From Desulfatiglandales bacterium (lineage in GTDB: Bacteria; Desulfobacterota; DSM-4660; Desulfatiglandales; HGW-15): DNA of 64,000 bases. Below are positions 41,830 to 51,886 of this stretch, piece after piece. Under the pieces are notes generated by a model, which searched no databases, was not told the origin of the DNA, and was given only the letters and a program-made list of their open reading frames with translations. The stretch is from positions 1,632,001 through 1,696,000 of the forward strand of contig CAXXJJ010000001.1 in assembly GCA_963667015.2 (NCBI GenBank), read 5' to 3'. Each line of letters starts with the position of its first letter. Within the stretch, counting starts at the first letter, position 1. Position numbers and translations under genes: made by a program.

Positions 41830-42636
41830 ATGTCAAAGCATGCCCAAAAATCAGAAAATAAAAAACATATCATGTGTGTCGCTTTAGCCTTTATTTTTAT
41901 GCTTTTATTGTTGAACCCTCTGTTGCCTGGGGGGAGTGAGGCAAATGCACAGGATAATATGGATAATATGAAGGCCGATTTTCTCTTTCAGAAACCCACT
42001 AAATACTTTGGATTCCGCGGTGGTATTTTTTCTCCGGAGGCGGACAGCGATCTTTTCGATATGATTACTGAAGAACTGACCCTTAAAAAAAGTGATTTCA
42101 GGACCTGGGATTTCGGGATAGAGTTCGGCTTAAATATGCATGAGAGAATAGACCTGATCTTTAACCTTGATTACTCAAAAAAAACTAAGAATTCTGAATT
42201 CAGGGACTATGTCGATGATCAGGAACTTCCCATTACACAGAGTACAAAATTTTCACAGACACCTTTGACAGTTGGCATAAAGTATCTATTTATTCCTCGA
42301 GGACGCCAGGTTGGACAATACTCCTGGCTGCCTTCCCGGTTTGTGCCCTATGTAAGCGGCGGAGTAGGCATATTGTGGTATGAATTCAGTCAGAATGGTG
42401 ATTTTGTAGATTATTCAACATTGGATATATTTCCTGCTGCCCTGGATTCCAAGGGTTCAACATTAACAACTTACCTGGGCTGTGGTACGGAAGTTAATAT
42501 CTTTAAGGCTACCTATATTAATCTGAATCTCCAGTATTACTTTGCGGATGATGATTTAGATAGTGACTTCGAAGGTTTTGATCCCATTGAACTGGGGGGA
42601 TATAGATTGACCGCCGGTATTCAATGGCATTTTTAG
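41830..42636 (+). CDS. Outer-membrane beta-barrel protein
   Basis: Signal peptide; PYVSGGVG; terminal AGIQWHF. Confidence 0.75.
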   Translation: MSKHAQKSENKKHIMCVALAFIFMLLLLNPLLPGGSEANAQDNMDNMKADFLFQKPTKYFGFRGGIFSPEADSDLFDMITEELTLKKSDFRTWDFGIEFGLNMHERIDLIFNLDYSKKTKNSEFRDYVDDQELPITQSTKFSQTPLTVGIKYLFIPRGRQVGQYSWLPSRFVPYVSGGVGILWYEFSQNGDFVDYSTLDIFPAALDSKGSTLTTYLGCGTEVNIFKATYINLNLQYYFADDDLDSDFEGFDPIELGGYRLTAGIQWHF

Positions 42637-42648
42637 GGAGGTGATATT

Positions 42649-44025
42649 ATGTCTTCAAAAAATAGACAATTTTTAGCAAATCTTTTTTCATGGCTGTCAG
42701 CAGGTATGAAAAAACCTGTAAATGCATATGGGCAAAAATTTTGCAGTATATTGTTATTCTCCGGGATTGCCCTTGTACTTTCTATAACTCTAGTCAACAA
42801 TGCTATTGCATCCGAAAATGAGGCCTCAGCAAACTATGATAATATCGATGCCAGATTGCTACCCTGGGTTGGGACCTGGCGTCTGGTATCAGACAAAGTA
42901 AATACAAACGAGAGTTCTTCAAAGCAGGAATATTTGTTAACAATAAAGACCGGCAGTAATGATGATTCTATCATTATGAAAGGCTACCAGGGTGAAAAGG
43001 TACTGATTGAAGAAGAGATTATCGCTGATGGGCTTCACCATCCTTTGAATGATAAAAAATGTTCCGGTTACTATGAGTATACCTGGTCGGAAACCGGGAA
43101 GAGGTTATTGCTTAACAGTGAAACAAATTGTCCGGGTGATACCCCGCGCCGGGTCTCAGGCATGTCGATTATTGATTCCAACAGGGACTGGCTGGATATC
43201 CAGTTATTGCAGAACGGCACAGAAAAAGCCGTCAGCATCCGAAAATACAGGAATGTTGATAACGATTCCGGCTCTCCTGTCAGGTTCAATCCTGATAAGG
43301 CCGGTATCTCCAGGATTGCTGCTGGAAAAAATTTTTCAATTGATGAAATTATAGAACTCAGCAGTAAAGTTGAACCGGAAATCATTGAGGCTGCACTATT
43401 AGAATCGCGGGACCCCTTCCCGATTAATTCCAGACAGCTTGCCAGACTCTCGGATTCAGGGGTTAATTCACGCGTAGTGGACCTTATGGTGGCTTTTTCA
43501 TTCCCGGATAAATTTAAAGTGGGACAGGAAGCGATATCTTTGACGCAGGTTAAAGGTCCACAGGGCTATTATCCCAATTTCAGGAGGCCTTACAATTACT
43601 ACTCCTATTACTGCCCTATATTACCATGGCATTGGACATCATCAAGCTACATGTCATATGTATATAGTTACTCATATCTCGGATGGTATTTAGGGGATGG
43701 ATATTACTATCCACTGTGGTCCTGGTATCCCTATTACTACGATAACTATAGCGGTGGAGGCGGAGGGGGGCATGTAAATGTAAATGACGGAGGCTCTATC
43801 GTCAAGGGCAGAGGATACACAGTCAGCTCCGGCAGTTCCGGAACATCGACACGCCGTGCCCAGCCCCGCTCTGCCCCGGTAGTCCGAAGTGCTCCGGTAC
43901 AATCCAGTTCATCTTCCTACTCCGGGGGATCATCCGGGTCTACAGGGGTATCCGGTTCAACAGGTTCCAGCAGCAGAGGGACTCCAAGTGCATCGCCGCA
44001 TGGGTACAGCAGCGGCCGTCAATGA
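42649..44025 (+). CDS. Exported hypothetical protein with a Tyr/Trp-rich segment and Ser/Gly-rich tail
   Basis: GGGAGG RBS; hydrophobic signal ending in AIA; low-complexity C-terminus. Confidence 0.75.
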   Translation: MSSKNRQFLANLFSWLSAGMKKPVNAYGQKFCSILLFSGIALVLSITLVNNAIASENEASANYDNIDARLLPWVGTWRLVSDKVNTNESSSKQEYLLTIKTGSNDDSIIMKGYQGEKVLIEEEIIADGLHHPLNDKKCSGYYEYTWSETGKRLLLNSETNCPGDTPRRVSGMSIIDSNRDWLDIQLLQNGTEKAVSIRKYRNVDNDSGSPVRFNPDKAGISRIAAGKNFSIDEIIELSSKVEPEIIEAALLESRDPFPINSRQLARLSDSGVNSRVVDLMVAFSFPDKFKVGQEAISLTQVKGPQGYYPNFRRPYNYYSYYCPILPWHWTSSSYMSYVYSYSYLGWYLGDGYYYPLWSWYPYYYDNYSGGGGGGHVNVNDGGSIVKGRGYTVSSGSSGTSTRRAQPRSAPVVRSAPVQSSSSSYSGGSSGSTGVSGSTGSSSRGTPSASPHGYSSGRQ

Positions 44026-44278
44026 TGGCAGTGCGGAGGTTGAAAGGTAGAAAGTGATTTTCTCCTGACCGAATAACATTTACGCAATTATTGGGCTGAG
44101 AGTGAGTTGGCTGCAGTTATGTAACCGGCATTTTCAGCCCGATAACATTCCAGAGTGTTCTGTACGATTGTCAGATGTTTATTATGTGGAAGAAAGACCT
44201 TATAAATCCTGAGAAAATCCCGATTTATACTGATTCAAGACAATCCTTAATGCTTCAATACCCCTTTTAAAAAAAATA

Positions 44279-46273
44279 TTATTCCTCATTCACGCCCATT
44301 TCTTCCTTTAATTCCTCCATTTTAATCTGTGCCTCTTCCCACTCAGCAAAGGAGTTATCCAGTTTCTGCTTCACTTTTTTATATTCACTCAATAGCGGAA
44401 CACTCTTGCTGCTGTCCTTGAAAAGCTCCGGGTCTGCAAGCTGGGCGGATATCTCCTGCTCTCTGGCTTCAAGTTCGGAAATCGATTCTTCAAGGCTTGC
44501 CAGTTTTGATTCAATCGGTTTCAGGGCAGCACTTATTTCCTTTCGTCTTTCAGCCTTTTTTCTTCTTATCTCTTTCCTGCTTTCTCCGGAATTTTGTGCC
44601 TGCATTTGCTGATTGTCACCCGTTGCCTCAGGAGTATCAACAGGATCAGGATTTTCATCCCTTTCTCTCTCTTTCAGGTGAAGGTAGTATTCCCTCAGCG
44701 TGCCGGGATATTCGATAATATGTCCGCCCCTGATATCCCATATCTTGGTAGCGAGCCGGTTGATGAATGACTGGTTATGGGAAACAAAAAGAAGTGTGCC
44801 GCTATATTTATCAAGGGCATCGATCAATATTTCCGAGGATATCAGATCAAGATGGTTTGTGGGTTCATCCATTATCAGCAGGTTGCCCGGCTTGATAAGT
44901 ATCTTTGCAAGCGACACCCTTGCCTTTTCACCGCCCGAGAGGACCTTTACCGGTTTATCAACATCCTCGCCCGAAAACAGGAATGCCCCGCATATACCCC
45001 GAACAAAGCTTATACTTTCATGAGGTACAACCTGGTACACCTCTTCAAGTATGGTTTTTTGCCGGTTAAGCATCTCCGAATGGTGCTGGGCGTAATAGCT
45101 CATTTCGACATTATGTCCCTGTGTTATGCTTCCGCTGTCACATGATATTTCTCCGCCAATCATCCTTAAAAGAGTGGTTTTTCCATATCCATTAGGGCCT
45201 ATGAGTCCGATTCTCTCGCCTTTAAATACATTTAGATCGATATCTTCATAGAGTTTCTTTTCACCGAATGATTTGGATAAGGACCTTATTGTAAGAACAT
45301 TCCTGCCGCTTTGTGTTACCTCCGGAAATGAAAATTTAATACTCTTCTGGGACTTGTGGGTATTTATTATCTCCATTTTTTTGAGGAGTTTGATTTTGCT
45401 CTGGGCCTGCCTGGCCTTGGTGGCCTTTGTCCTGAATCTTTCAATGAATTTTTTTGCATCCTTTACCTTCTGCTCCTGCTTCTTTGCCTTCGCCTCCAGG
45501 AGGTTGTTTTCTTCTTCTCTTGCCTTCAGGTACTGGTCATAATTGCCCCGGAATGTTTTGATTCCCTCCGGCTCAAAGCTTACGACTCTGTTGACCTGCC
45601 TGTTGAGAAATTCACGGTCATGGCATACAAGGATTATTGCACCGTTAAACTCATTTAAAAACTGCTCCAGCCACATCACCGAAGGAAGATCCAGGTGGTT
45701 GGTGGGCTCATCAAGCAGAAGAAGATCAGGGGCCTGGTAAAGGATACTTGTTAAGGATGCCCTCATTCTCCATCCGCCGCTCAGTTTTGAGACCGGTTCA
45801 TAAAAACTCTGATCATCAAAACCAAGCCCGGAAAGTATTTTTTCCGCCCTGTGAGAAGGGTACATTGTATCGAGGCCGGCCATCCGGTGATGCAGTTCTG
45901 TAAGCCGTTCCGCCAGCTTTACCTGTTCTTCTCCTTCAGCGCCTCTTTCCAGCTCGGCCTCTATTTTTCCAATCTCTTCCCTGGACTTTTTTCTTCCCGG
46001 GACCGAGTCAACTATGGATTGAAGGAGCGGACCAGTCAGTATTTCTCCAACATCCTGGGTCAGGTAGCCCAGTCTTGATCCGCCTGTGAGTACCACTTCG
46101 CCGCTGTCAGGCCGCATCTCATTTGCGATAATCCTGAGTAAAGTGGTTTTTCCGGAACCATTGGGCCCTATCAGGCCGATACGATCACCGTTTTCTACCT
46201 GGAAATTCAGATCCTTAAATATCTCCTTCTGGGAGAGGATTAAACTCAGATTTGTTATGTTTAATAGGCTCAT
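44279..46273 (-). CDS. ABC-F family ATPase
   Basis: Two Walker A motifs (GPNGSGKT, GPNGYGKT), LSGG, DEPTNHLD; no TM; C-terminal coiled coil. Confidence 0.95.
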   Translation of the reverse strand: MSLLNITNLSLILSQKEIFKDLNFQVENGDRIGLIGPNGSGKTTLLRIIANEMRPDSGEVVLTGGSRLGYLTQDVGEILTGPLLQSIVDSVPGRKKSREEIGKIEAELERGAEGEEQVKLAERLTELHHRMAGLDTMYPSHRAEKILSGLGFDDQSFYEPVSKLSGGWRMRASLTSILYQAPDLLLLDEPTNHLDLPSVMWLEQFLNEFNGAIILVCHDREFLNRQVNRVVSFEPEGIKTFRGNYDQYLKAREEENNLLEAKAKKQEQKVKDAKKFIERFRTKATKARQAQSKIKLLKKMEIINTHKSQKSIKFSFPEVTQSGRNVLTIRSLSKSFGEKKLYEDIDLNVFKGERIGLIGPNGYGKTTLLRMIGGEISCDSGSITQGHNVEMSYYAQHHSEMLNRQKTILEEVYQVVPHESISFVRGICGAFLFSGEDVDKPVKVLSGGEKARVSLAKILIKPGNLLIMDEPTNHLDLISSEILIDALDKYSGTLLFVSHNQSFINRLATKIWDIRGGHIIEYPGTLREYYLHLKERERDENPDPVDTPEATGDNQQMQAQNSGESRKEIRRKKAERRKEISAALKPIESKLASLEESISELEAREQEISAQLADPELFKDSSKSVPLLSEYKKVKQKLDNSFAEWEEAQIKMEELKEEMGVNEE

Positions 46274-46435
46274 AATAAGAAAGAAAAAAGAGGAAAAATA
46301 AAAGATTATACTTAAGTAAAAATACGATAATTCCGATAATATCTTTGAACCTCAAATGGTTCAATCTAAGCCCCCAGCTCTCCTCAACCCTCTTAGCATG
46401 GGGGCTTTCCTTTTTCTGAATTGATAAATCCGAAA

Positions 46436-46663
46436 TTAATGGGAAAAAATGCCGTCAAGCACATCCTGTATTTGGGTAGGGGTAATATATCCTTTGTCCA
46501 GCAGGATTTCACCGATCAGTCGATGAGTTCTGGTCTCTATCTCTTCTTCTACCTGAATCTTAAGGGTTTCAATCAGATTTTCAGCAGTGATAAAACCCTT
46601 TTCAATGGCTAGTATCCCAAACTGTTTTTCGTAATGTTCTATCTTGCCCGGTTTATCAGACAT
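46436..46663 (-). CDS. Small MshEN-like protein
   Basis: FGILAIEKGFIT...RLIGEILLDKGYITPTQ tandem motif. Confidence 0.65.
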   Translation of the reverse strand: MSDKPGKIEHYEKQFGILAIEKGFITAENLIETLKIQVEEEIETRTHRLIGEILLDKGYITPTQIQDVLDGIFSH

Positions 46664-46684
46664 AGAAGCCTCGTATTTTTAAAA

Positions 46685-46870
46685 TTAATCCGAGCTGTAC
46701 TTTTTTTTCAATATTCCACCGTATACACAGATCATGACGATGATCCAGAGAGCTACCATTATCCAGCGAACTGTCTCAGCCCAGCCATCAGTAAGATTCC
46801 ATACTGCCCCGCTCCCCACAAATGAAGGAACTATCATTACTATTCCAATGCCTATATCTCTGCTTTCCAT
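46685..46870 (-). CDS. Small two-TM protein
   Basis: GGAGG RBS; hydrophobic; 61 aa. Confidence 0.65.
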   Translation of the reverse strand: MESRDIGIGIVMIVPSFVGSGAVWNLTDGWAETVRWIMVALWIIVMICVYGGILKKKYSSD

Positions 46871-46945
46871 ATATATTGCCTCCTGATCAGAAATAGACTA
46901 TTCGATTATCATAAAAATTAAGATAAGGCTACCAAAATCCACAAT

Positions 46946-48193
46946 CTAGTTGTCCAGAGTTTTCCTGTCAACTGCGATAGGCTTGAAATATGAAATAAGT
47001 CCCTGATCAAGTAGTTCCATGCCCTTCTTCCTTGCTTCTGCTTCATTGTTAAACTCACCGATGTATACCCTGTACCATGAAGAGGAAAGGTCCTTTTCCA
47101 GAACGTAAAATGCCTTGTAACCGGATTTTTTCAGTCTGGCCACATTCTCAACGGCGTTAGCCTCATCCTTGTTGCTGCTTACATGGATAAAATAGATTTT
47201 TTCTTCCTTTTTCCTTTCGGATGATTCATCCAACAGGTCATTTGAATCAGAAAAATTACTGTGCACACGGGAGTAATTCGAAATTATGCCCGATCTTTTC
47301 AGCTCTTTTGCATCATTGATTGCTTCCCTTAGGGAAGGGTATCCGGTAATGTAAAGCCTGTAAAAATCACCTTTGCTGTCCGCTGATTCATAGCGGTAAA
47401 ATGCATTTTTACCCATATTTCTTAATTTTATTTTCAGGGCCGCAGCGTTGGCCTCATCTGAAAATGCCCCTACCTGAAGGGATGCTCCGGTCAGCCGCTC
47501 ATCATCATGATTTTGTACCGGCTTGGACTTTTGCTCTGTATTTGGTTCGGATTCCTGTTTTGTATTGTTTACTGCCGGAGTTTGTACGGGCTCCAGCCTC
47601 TCTGTTTCAGGAAACGACTCGGGCGTGGCAATAAATTTTTCAGCATCAGTGCCAGGGTCAGGTGCTGTGGACTGATCTTCGGGTATGGGGCTGGGTACAG
47701 CTGCTGCGGTTTGTTCTTCAATCACCTGGCCAGGATCAGGTGACGACTCTTTTATTTCAGTGGACTCTGCCGGCAATGTTTCGGGTATATTTTCTTCGGC
47801 AGGGATTTTTTCCTCTTTGGGAGTTAGAGGTACCTCTTTTACTTCCCTGACAGTATAGTCCGAGATAAGCTCCAGCTCCTTTAGTACCCTTGCCTCCTTT
47901 TCAGCCTCATCCCTTGAATTATATTTTTCTATATATACCTGATAAAAGATGTTTTTGTTGTTCGGGCTTTTTTCTTCCCTGAAAAAGGCATTGTGTCCGG
48001 AGTTTTTTAATTTTGATTCTTCCTTTGCCGCATCCTGTTCATTTTTGAATTTTGACAGGGCAATAGAAAAAAATGGATCTTCTGCATGGGCAGGGGGTGC
48101 ATTTACGAATAATGCAAAAACAAGGAGAACCGGCCATGCGATTGCCATGGCAACTGTCTTGTTCAAAAAGCGATCACTGTATCTTGATTTCAT
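46946..48193 (-). CDS. Exported protein with three SPOR-like domains
   Basis: LQVGAFS..NA, YRVYIG.F..E.EA motifs; Pro/Glu-rich linker. Confidence 0.85.
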   Translation of the reverse strand: MKSRYSDRFLNKTVAMAIAWPVLLVFALFVNAPPAHAEDPFFSIALSKFKNEQDAAKEESKLKNSGHNAFFREEKSPNNKNIFYQVYIEKYNSRDEAEKEARVLKELELISDYTVREVKEVPLTPKEEKIPAEENIPETLPAESTEIKESSPDPGQVIEEQTAAAVPSPIPEDQSTAPDPGTDAEKFIATPESFPETERLEPVQTPAVNNTKQESEPNTEQKSKPVQNHDDERLTGASLQVGAFSDEANAAALKIKLRNMGKNAFYRYESADSKGDFYRLYITGYPSLREAINDAKELKRSGIISNYSRVHSNFSDSNDLLDESSERKKEEKIYFIHVSSNKDEANAVENVARLKKSGYKAFYVLEKDLSSSWYRVYIGEFNNEAEARKKGMELLDQGLISYFKPIAVDRKTLDN

Positions 48194-48360
48194 ATATTGA
48201 TGACCTGTATATAAACTAATAATTTAACAATTATCTGCAAAATAAATTTTTTGAAAAGCCTTTGTGCCTGAAATGATATTAATAATGCCTGATACGGGTC
48301 AAAAAAATGTAGTATTTTAATAGTAAAGAGTATATGGAATATTAATAAATGTGTCAATCC

Positions 48361-48481
48361 TTGGGTGCCGGCAAGGCGTCATCTGCTGCGTTGCCTTCGA
48401 TCGCTTCTCCCTGCGGTGTATCTTATACGCCTCAGTCGTCGCTCCTCGGCGCCTTGCATCTAACATCTTGATGGTGCCCAA
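48361..48481. repeat. GC-rich palindromic MITE-like intergenic element
   Basis: Imperfect terminal IR TTGGGTGCCGGCAAG / CTTGATGGTGCCCAA; internal GCAAGGCG / CGCCTTGC. Confidence 0.5.
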
Positions 48482-48517
48482 TGGTTTCTGGAAACTGTAT
48501 CTTCAATATTGCTGATA

Positions 48518-50092
48518 ATGAATGAGATAAATCAAAAAGAAACAAGAGATGGCTGGATAAAGCTTATAAAAATATCCATGTCCTCTCCTGGGCTCGGGGA
48601 TAACACCGCCGATGTTGACCGTCTTGTCAGATATCTAAAAAAGACAACAGGCCTGAATAATGTAAGCATTCCTTTTCCACTGATAAAAAGAATCCCCTCT
48701 TTTTTAAGGGAGAATAAATACAGCTGCAATGTTTCACTCTACTGCAATAAAGGAAACTGCAGAATAATCGACGTTTATCCCCCGGAAGATGATCTGCATG
48801 TGTATGCTGTGGCTATTGATCTTGGCAGTTCAACTGTGGTTATCCGCCTGATAGATATTGTGACCGGCGGATATATCGATGAGGTTTCCTTTACAAATCC
48901 TCAACATGAAATCAGCAGTGATATCCTGGGGCGGATTCATTTTGCATCTGATAATAATGGAATAACTCATCTCCAGGAGATACTGGTCAAAGAAATTAAC
49001 CGGGAGATAAAGATTTTCCGGGAAAAACATAATATCGGGATTTCCCGGATTGCAGGTCTGGCTGCTGCCGGCAACACTGCAATGACCCATTTCTTCCTTG
49101 GTCTTAATCCCCACTGGATATGCAGAGAACCCTATATACCTGTGATTAACTGCCCCAATATTATCTCTCCATCGGATGTTGGCATTGATATTAATCCGGA
49201 GGCGCCTGTTGTTATTATGCCCGGTGCGGGAAGCTACCTCGGGGGAGATATTACCGCAGGAATCCTGGCCTCAGGGATGAACAAAAACAGCGGGATCAGC
49301 CTTCTTGTGGATGTCGGCACAAACGCCGAGGTTGTTCTGGGGAACAGTGAATGGCTTATGGCGTGCGCAGGCGCTGCCGGTCCTGCCCTCGAAGGCGGGG
49401 TAGCAGCAATGGGAATGATGGCCGGGCCCGGGGCAATTGACAGTATTGTAATCGACAGACCCACGAAGAATATTCATTATAATACCATTGGGGGAAAGCC
49501 TCCTGCGGGTATTTGCGGTTCAGGATTAATTGATCTTGCTGCACAGCTCTTTTTATCGGGCATGATAGACCTGAGGGGAAAATTCGATGAGAAGGCATGT
49601 TCCGGAAGGTTAATAGATATAGATGATATTAAGAATCTCATTGTAGTAAAAGGAGAGGAAACTCAGGGTAAAAAAGATCTTCTTATAAGCCAGACAGATA
49701 TAAATGCCCTCATTCGTTCAAAGGCTGCAATGTATACGATACTTAATACAATAACCGGGATGGCCAATATTAACATGAATGAAATAGACCGGTTTTATAT
49801 AGCCGGTACCTTTGGTGCATATATTAATCCTTTTTCAGCAATATCCCTTGGCATGATTCCTGATCTTCCGATCGAAAAGTATGTATCTGTGGGAAATACC
49901 TCCATCGAAGGAGTTTCCATGGCTCTCCTGTCATCAGAAAGCCTAGAGGAGGTTTACAGGATCAGGGATATGATTACATATATCGAGCTTAATGTTAATC
50001 AGGAGTTCATGAATAATTTCAGCGCAGCAAAATTTATACCCCATACTGACAGATCTCTCTTTCCTTCTGTAAAAGAAACTGCTCATCCTTGA
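48518..50092 (+). CDS. ASKHA/DUF4445 reductive activator of corrinoid proteins (RACo-like)
   Basis: AIDLGSSTV, GNTAM, DVGTNAE, AAGPALEG, GICGSG, AGTFG motifs. Confidence 0.9.
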   Translation: MNEINQKETRDGWIKLIKISMSSPGLGDNTADVDRLVRYLKKTTGLNNVSIPFPLIKRIPSFLRENKYSCNVSLYCNKGNCRIIDVYPPEDDLHVYAVAIDLGSSTVVIRLIDIVTGGYIDEVSFTNPQHEISSDILGRIHFASDNNGITHLQEILVKEINREIKIFREKHNIGISRIAGLAAAGNTAMTHFFLGLNPHWICREPYIPVINCPNIISPSDVGIDINPEAPVVIMPGAGSYLGGDITAGILASGMNKNSGISLLVDVGTNAEVVLGNSEWLMACAGAAGPALEGGVAAMGMMAGPGAIDSIVIDRPTKNIHYNTIGGKPPAGICGSGLIDLAAQLFLSGMIDLRGKFDEKACSGRLIDIDDIKNLIVVKGEETQGKKDLLISQTDINALIRSKAAMYTILNTITGMANINMNEIDRFYIAGTFGAYINPFSAISLGMIPDLPIEKYVSVGNTSIEGVSMALLSSESLEEVYRIRDMITYIELNVNQEFMNNFSAAKFIPHTDRSLFPSVKETAHP

Positions 50093-50186
50093 TTATGAAT
50101 CTCTTTTTCTATATACTCCATTCCGGTCGAATTACTGCAGATTCCAGAATTTTATATTTTTAAATAGCGAGGCGACATAAAATAAA

Positions 50187-50813
50187 TTGTTTATTACATT
50201 TGAAGGGATAGAGGGCTGTGGAAAAACAACTCAGGTTGATCTTCTTGTTAAATACCTGGAAGAAAAAAATATCTCCTGTATAAAGACCCTTGAACCGGGC
50301 GGAACCGGTATAGGGCAGGCCATCAGAAAGGTGCTGCTTGATTCGAAAAACACACATATTGCACCTCTCACAGAGCTTATACTTTACGCTGCTGACCGGG
50401 CACAGCATGTGAATGAGATAATAAAGCCCGCACTTGATCAGGGAAAATGGGTTGTCTGTGACAGGTTTTATGATGCCACAGTGGCATATCAGGGGTTTGG
50501 CAGAGGCATGAATATGGATCTGATCTCTTTTCTTAACAGTCTGGCTGCGGAGGGAGCATCTCCTGATCTGACTATACTTATGGATTGCCCCGAAGATATC
50601 GGCCTTACAAGGGCACTTGAACGTAACCGAACCCAGGACCTTGAAGATCAGGGAAGATTTGAAAAGGAAAAGATGGAATTTCATCGCAAAGTTAGAGGCG
50701 GTTATCTCAACCTGGCCGAAAAATATCAGGATCGTTTCACGATCATTGATGCTTCAAGGTCCATTAATGAGATAAAAGAGGACATAAGAAGCCTCATGGC
50801 TTCGTTTATTTAG
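50187..50813 (+). CDS. tmk: Thymidylate kinase
   Basis: FITFEGIEGCGKTT, EPGG, DRAQH, CDRF..T.AYQG. Confidence 0.95.
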   Translation: MFITFEGIEGCGKTTQVDLLVKYLEEKNISCIKTLEPGGTGIGQAIRKVLLDSKNTHIAPLTELILYAADRAQHVNEIIKPALDQGKWVVCDRFYDATVAYQGFGRGMNMDLISFLNSLAAEGASPDLTILMDCPEDIGLTRALERNRTQDLEDQGRFEKEKMEFHRKVRGGYLNLAEKYQDRFTIIDASRSINEIKEDIRSLMASFI

Positions 50814-50829
50814 AATACAGGGCAAAGAG

Positions 50830-51864
50830 ATGCAAAAGGTGAAACCATTCTCTCAAATTCTTGGACAGGAAAAAGCCGTAGGATTTTTAAAAAAGGTGCT
50901 TGGAAGTGACAGGATACCTCACGCCTACCTGTTTACCGGGGTGAATGGGGTAGGGAAGAGTACCACCGCCATGGCCCTTGCCAGGGCAATTAACTGCAAT
51001 TCTGATATCTCAGATGAGGGCTGCGGCGAGTGTGTTACATGCAGGCAGCTGGAAAACGGTAATTTCCCTGATTTTATTTCTCTTGAGCCTGATGGCCAGA
51101 ATATAAAGATTGAGCAGATAAGAGCGCTTAACAGGAGTCTGAATTTTAAGCCTGTTTCAGGAAAATTCAGGATTACAATAATTGACAGGGCTGAAATGAT
51201 GACAGAAGAGGCGGCAAATTCCTTTTTGAAGACCCTGGAAGAACCCCCTCCCGGTAATATTATCGTTTTAAAGGTTGTTGATCCGCTTGATCTTTTACCG
51301 ACCATAATTTCAAGGTGTCAGAAGGTCCCTTTTCATCCCCTTACACATGAAGTTATTAAAAATTACCTTGTAGATCAACTTGGCCTGGATAATAACAGGG
51401 CATGGCTTGCGGCAGGCATCTCAGAAGGAAGTCTTGGCAGGGCACTTGAAATATGTGAGGAAGGATTTCTTGAAGAAAGGAGAGAACTGCTCCAGGATAT
51501 TATGAAAATCTATGGAATGTCCAGGGTTCAGGTCCTGGATCTGGCTATCGAATTCAATAAAAAATACGCAAAAAAGGCAAAGGGCGATCAGGCTGGCATT
51601 GATCTTTACGGAGTGACAGGTATCTGGAAAACCTATTTTAGAGATTTGCTCCTTACAAAAGTACATGGTAATAATGGGCTTCTTGTTAACAGGGATTATT
51701 CGGATATATTTGAAAAAATATCCGGAAGGTTTGATGCTGATAAACTTATTGAATGTATTTTTCTTATAGACGGTTATCAGAGAGACCTGCTGAGAAATCC
51801 CAACACCGGATTGATGATGGAGAAAATGCTGCTTGAGCTGAAGACGCTTAATCAGTTTAATTAA
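50830..51864 (+). CDS. holB: DNA polymerase III delta' subunit
   Basis: HAYLF.G..GVGK, CGECVTC, AANSFLKTLEEPP, SRC; follows tmk. Confidence 0.93.
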   Translation: MQKVKPFSQILGQEKAVGFLKKVLGSDRIPHAYLFTGVNGVGKSTTAMALARAINCNSDISDEGCGECVTCRQLENGNFPDFISLEPDGQNIKIEQIRALNRSLNFKPVSGKFRITIIDRAEMMTEEAANSFLKTLEEPPPGNIIVLKVVDPLDLLPTIISRCQKVPFHPLTHEVIKNYLVDQLGLDNNRAWLAAGISEGSLGRALEICEEGFLEERRELLQDIMKIYGMSRVQVLDLAIEFNKKYAKKAKGDQAGIDLYGVTGIWKTYFRDLLLTKVHGNNGLLVNRDYSDIFEKISGRFDADKLIECIFLIDGYQRDLLRNPNTGLMMEKMLLELKTLNQFN

Positions 51865-51886
51865 TAAACATAAGGTTGAAATCTAT

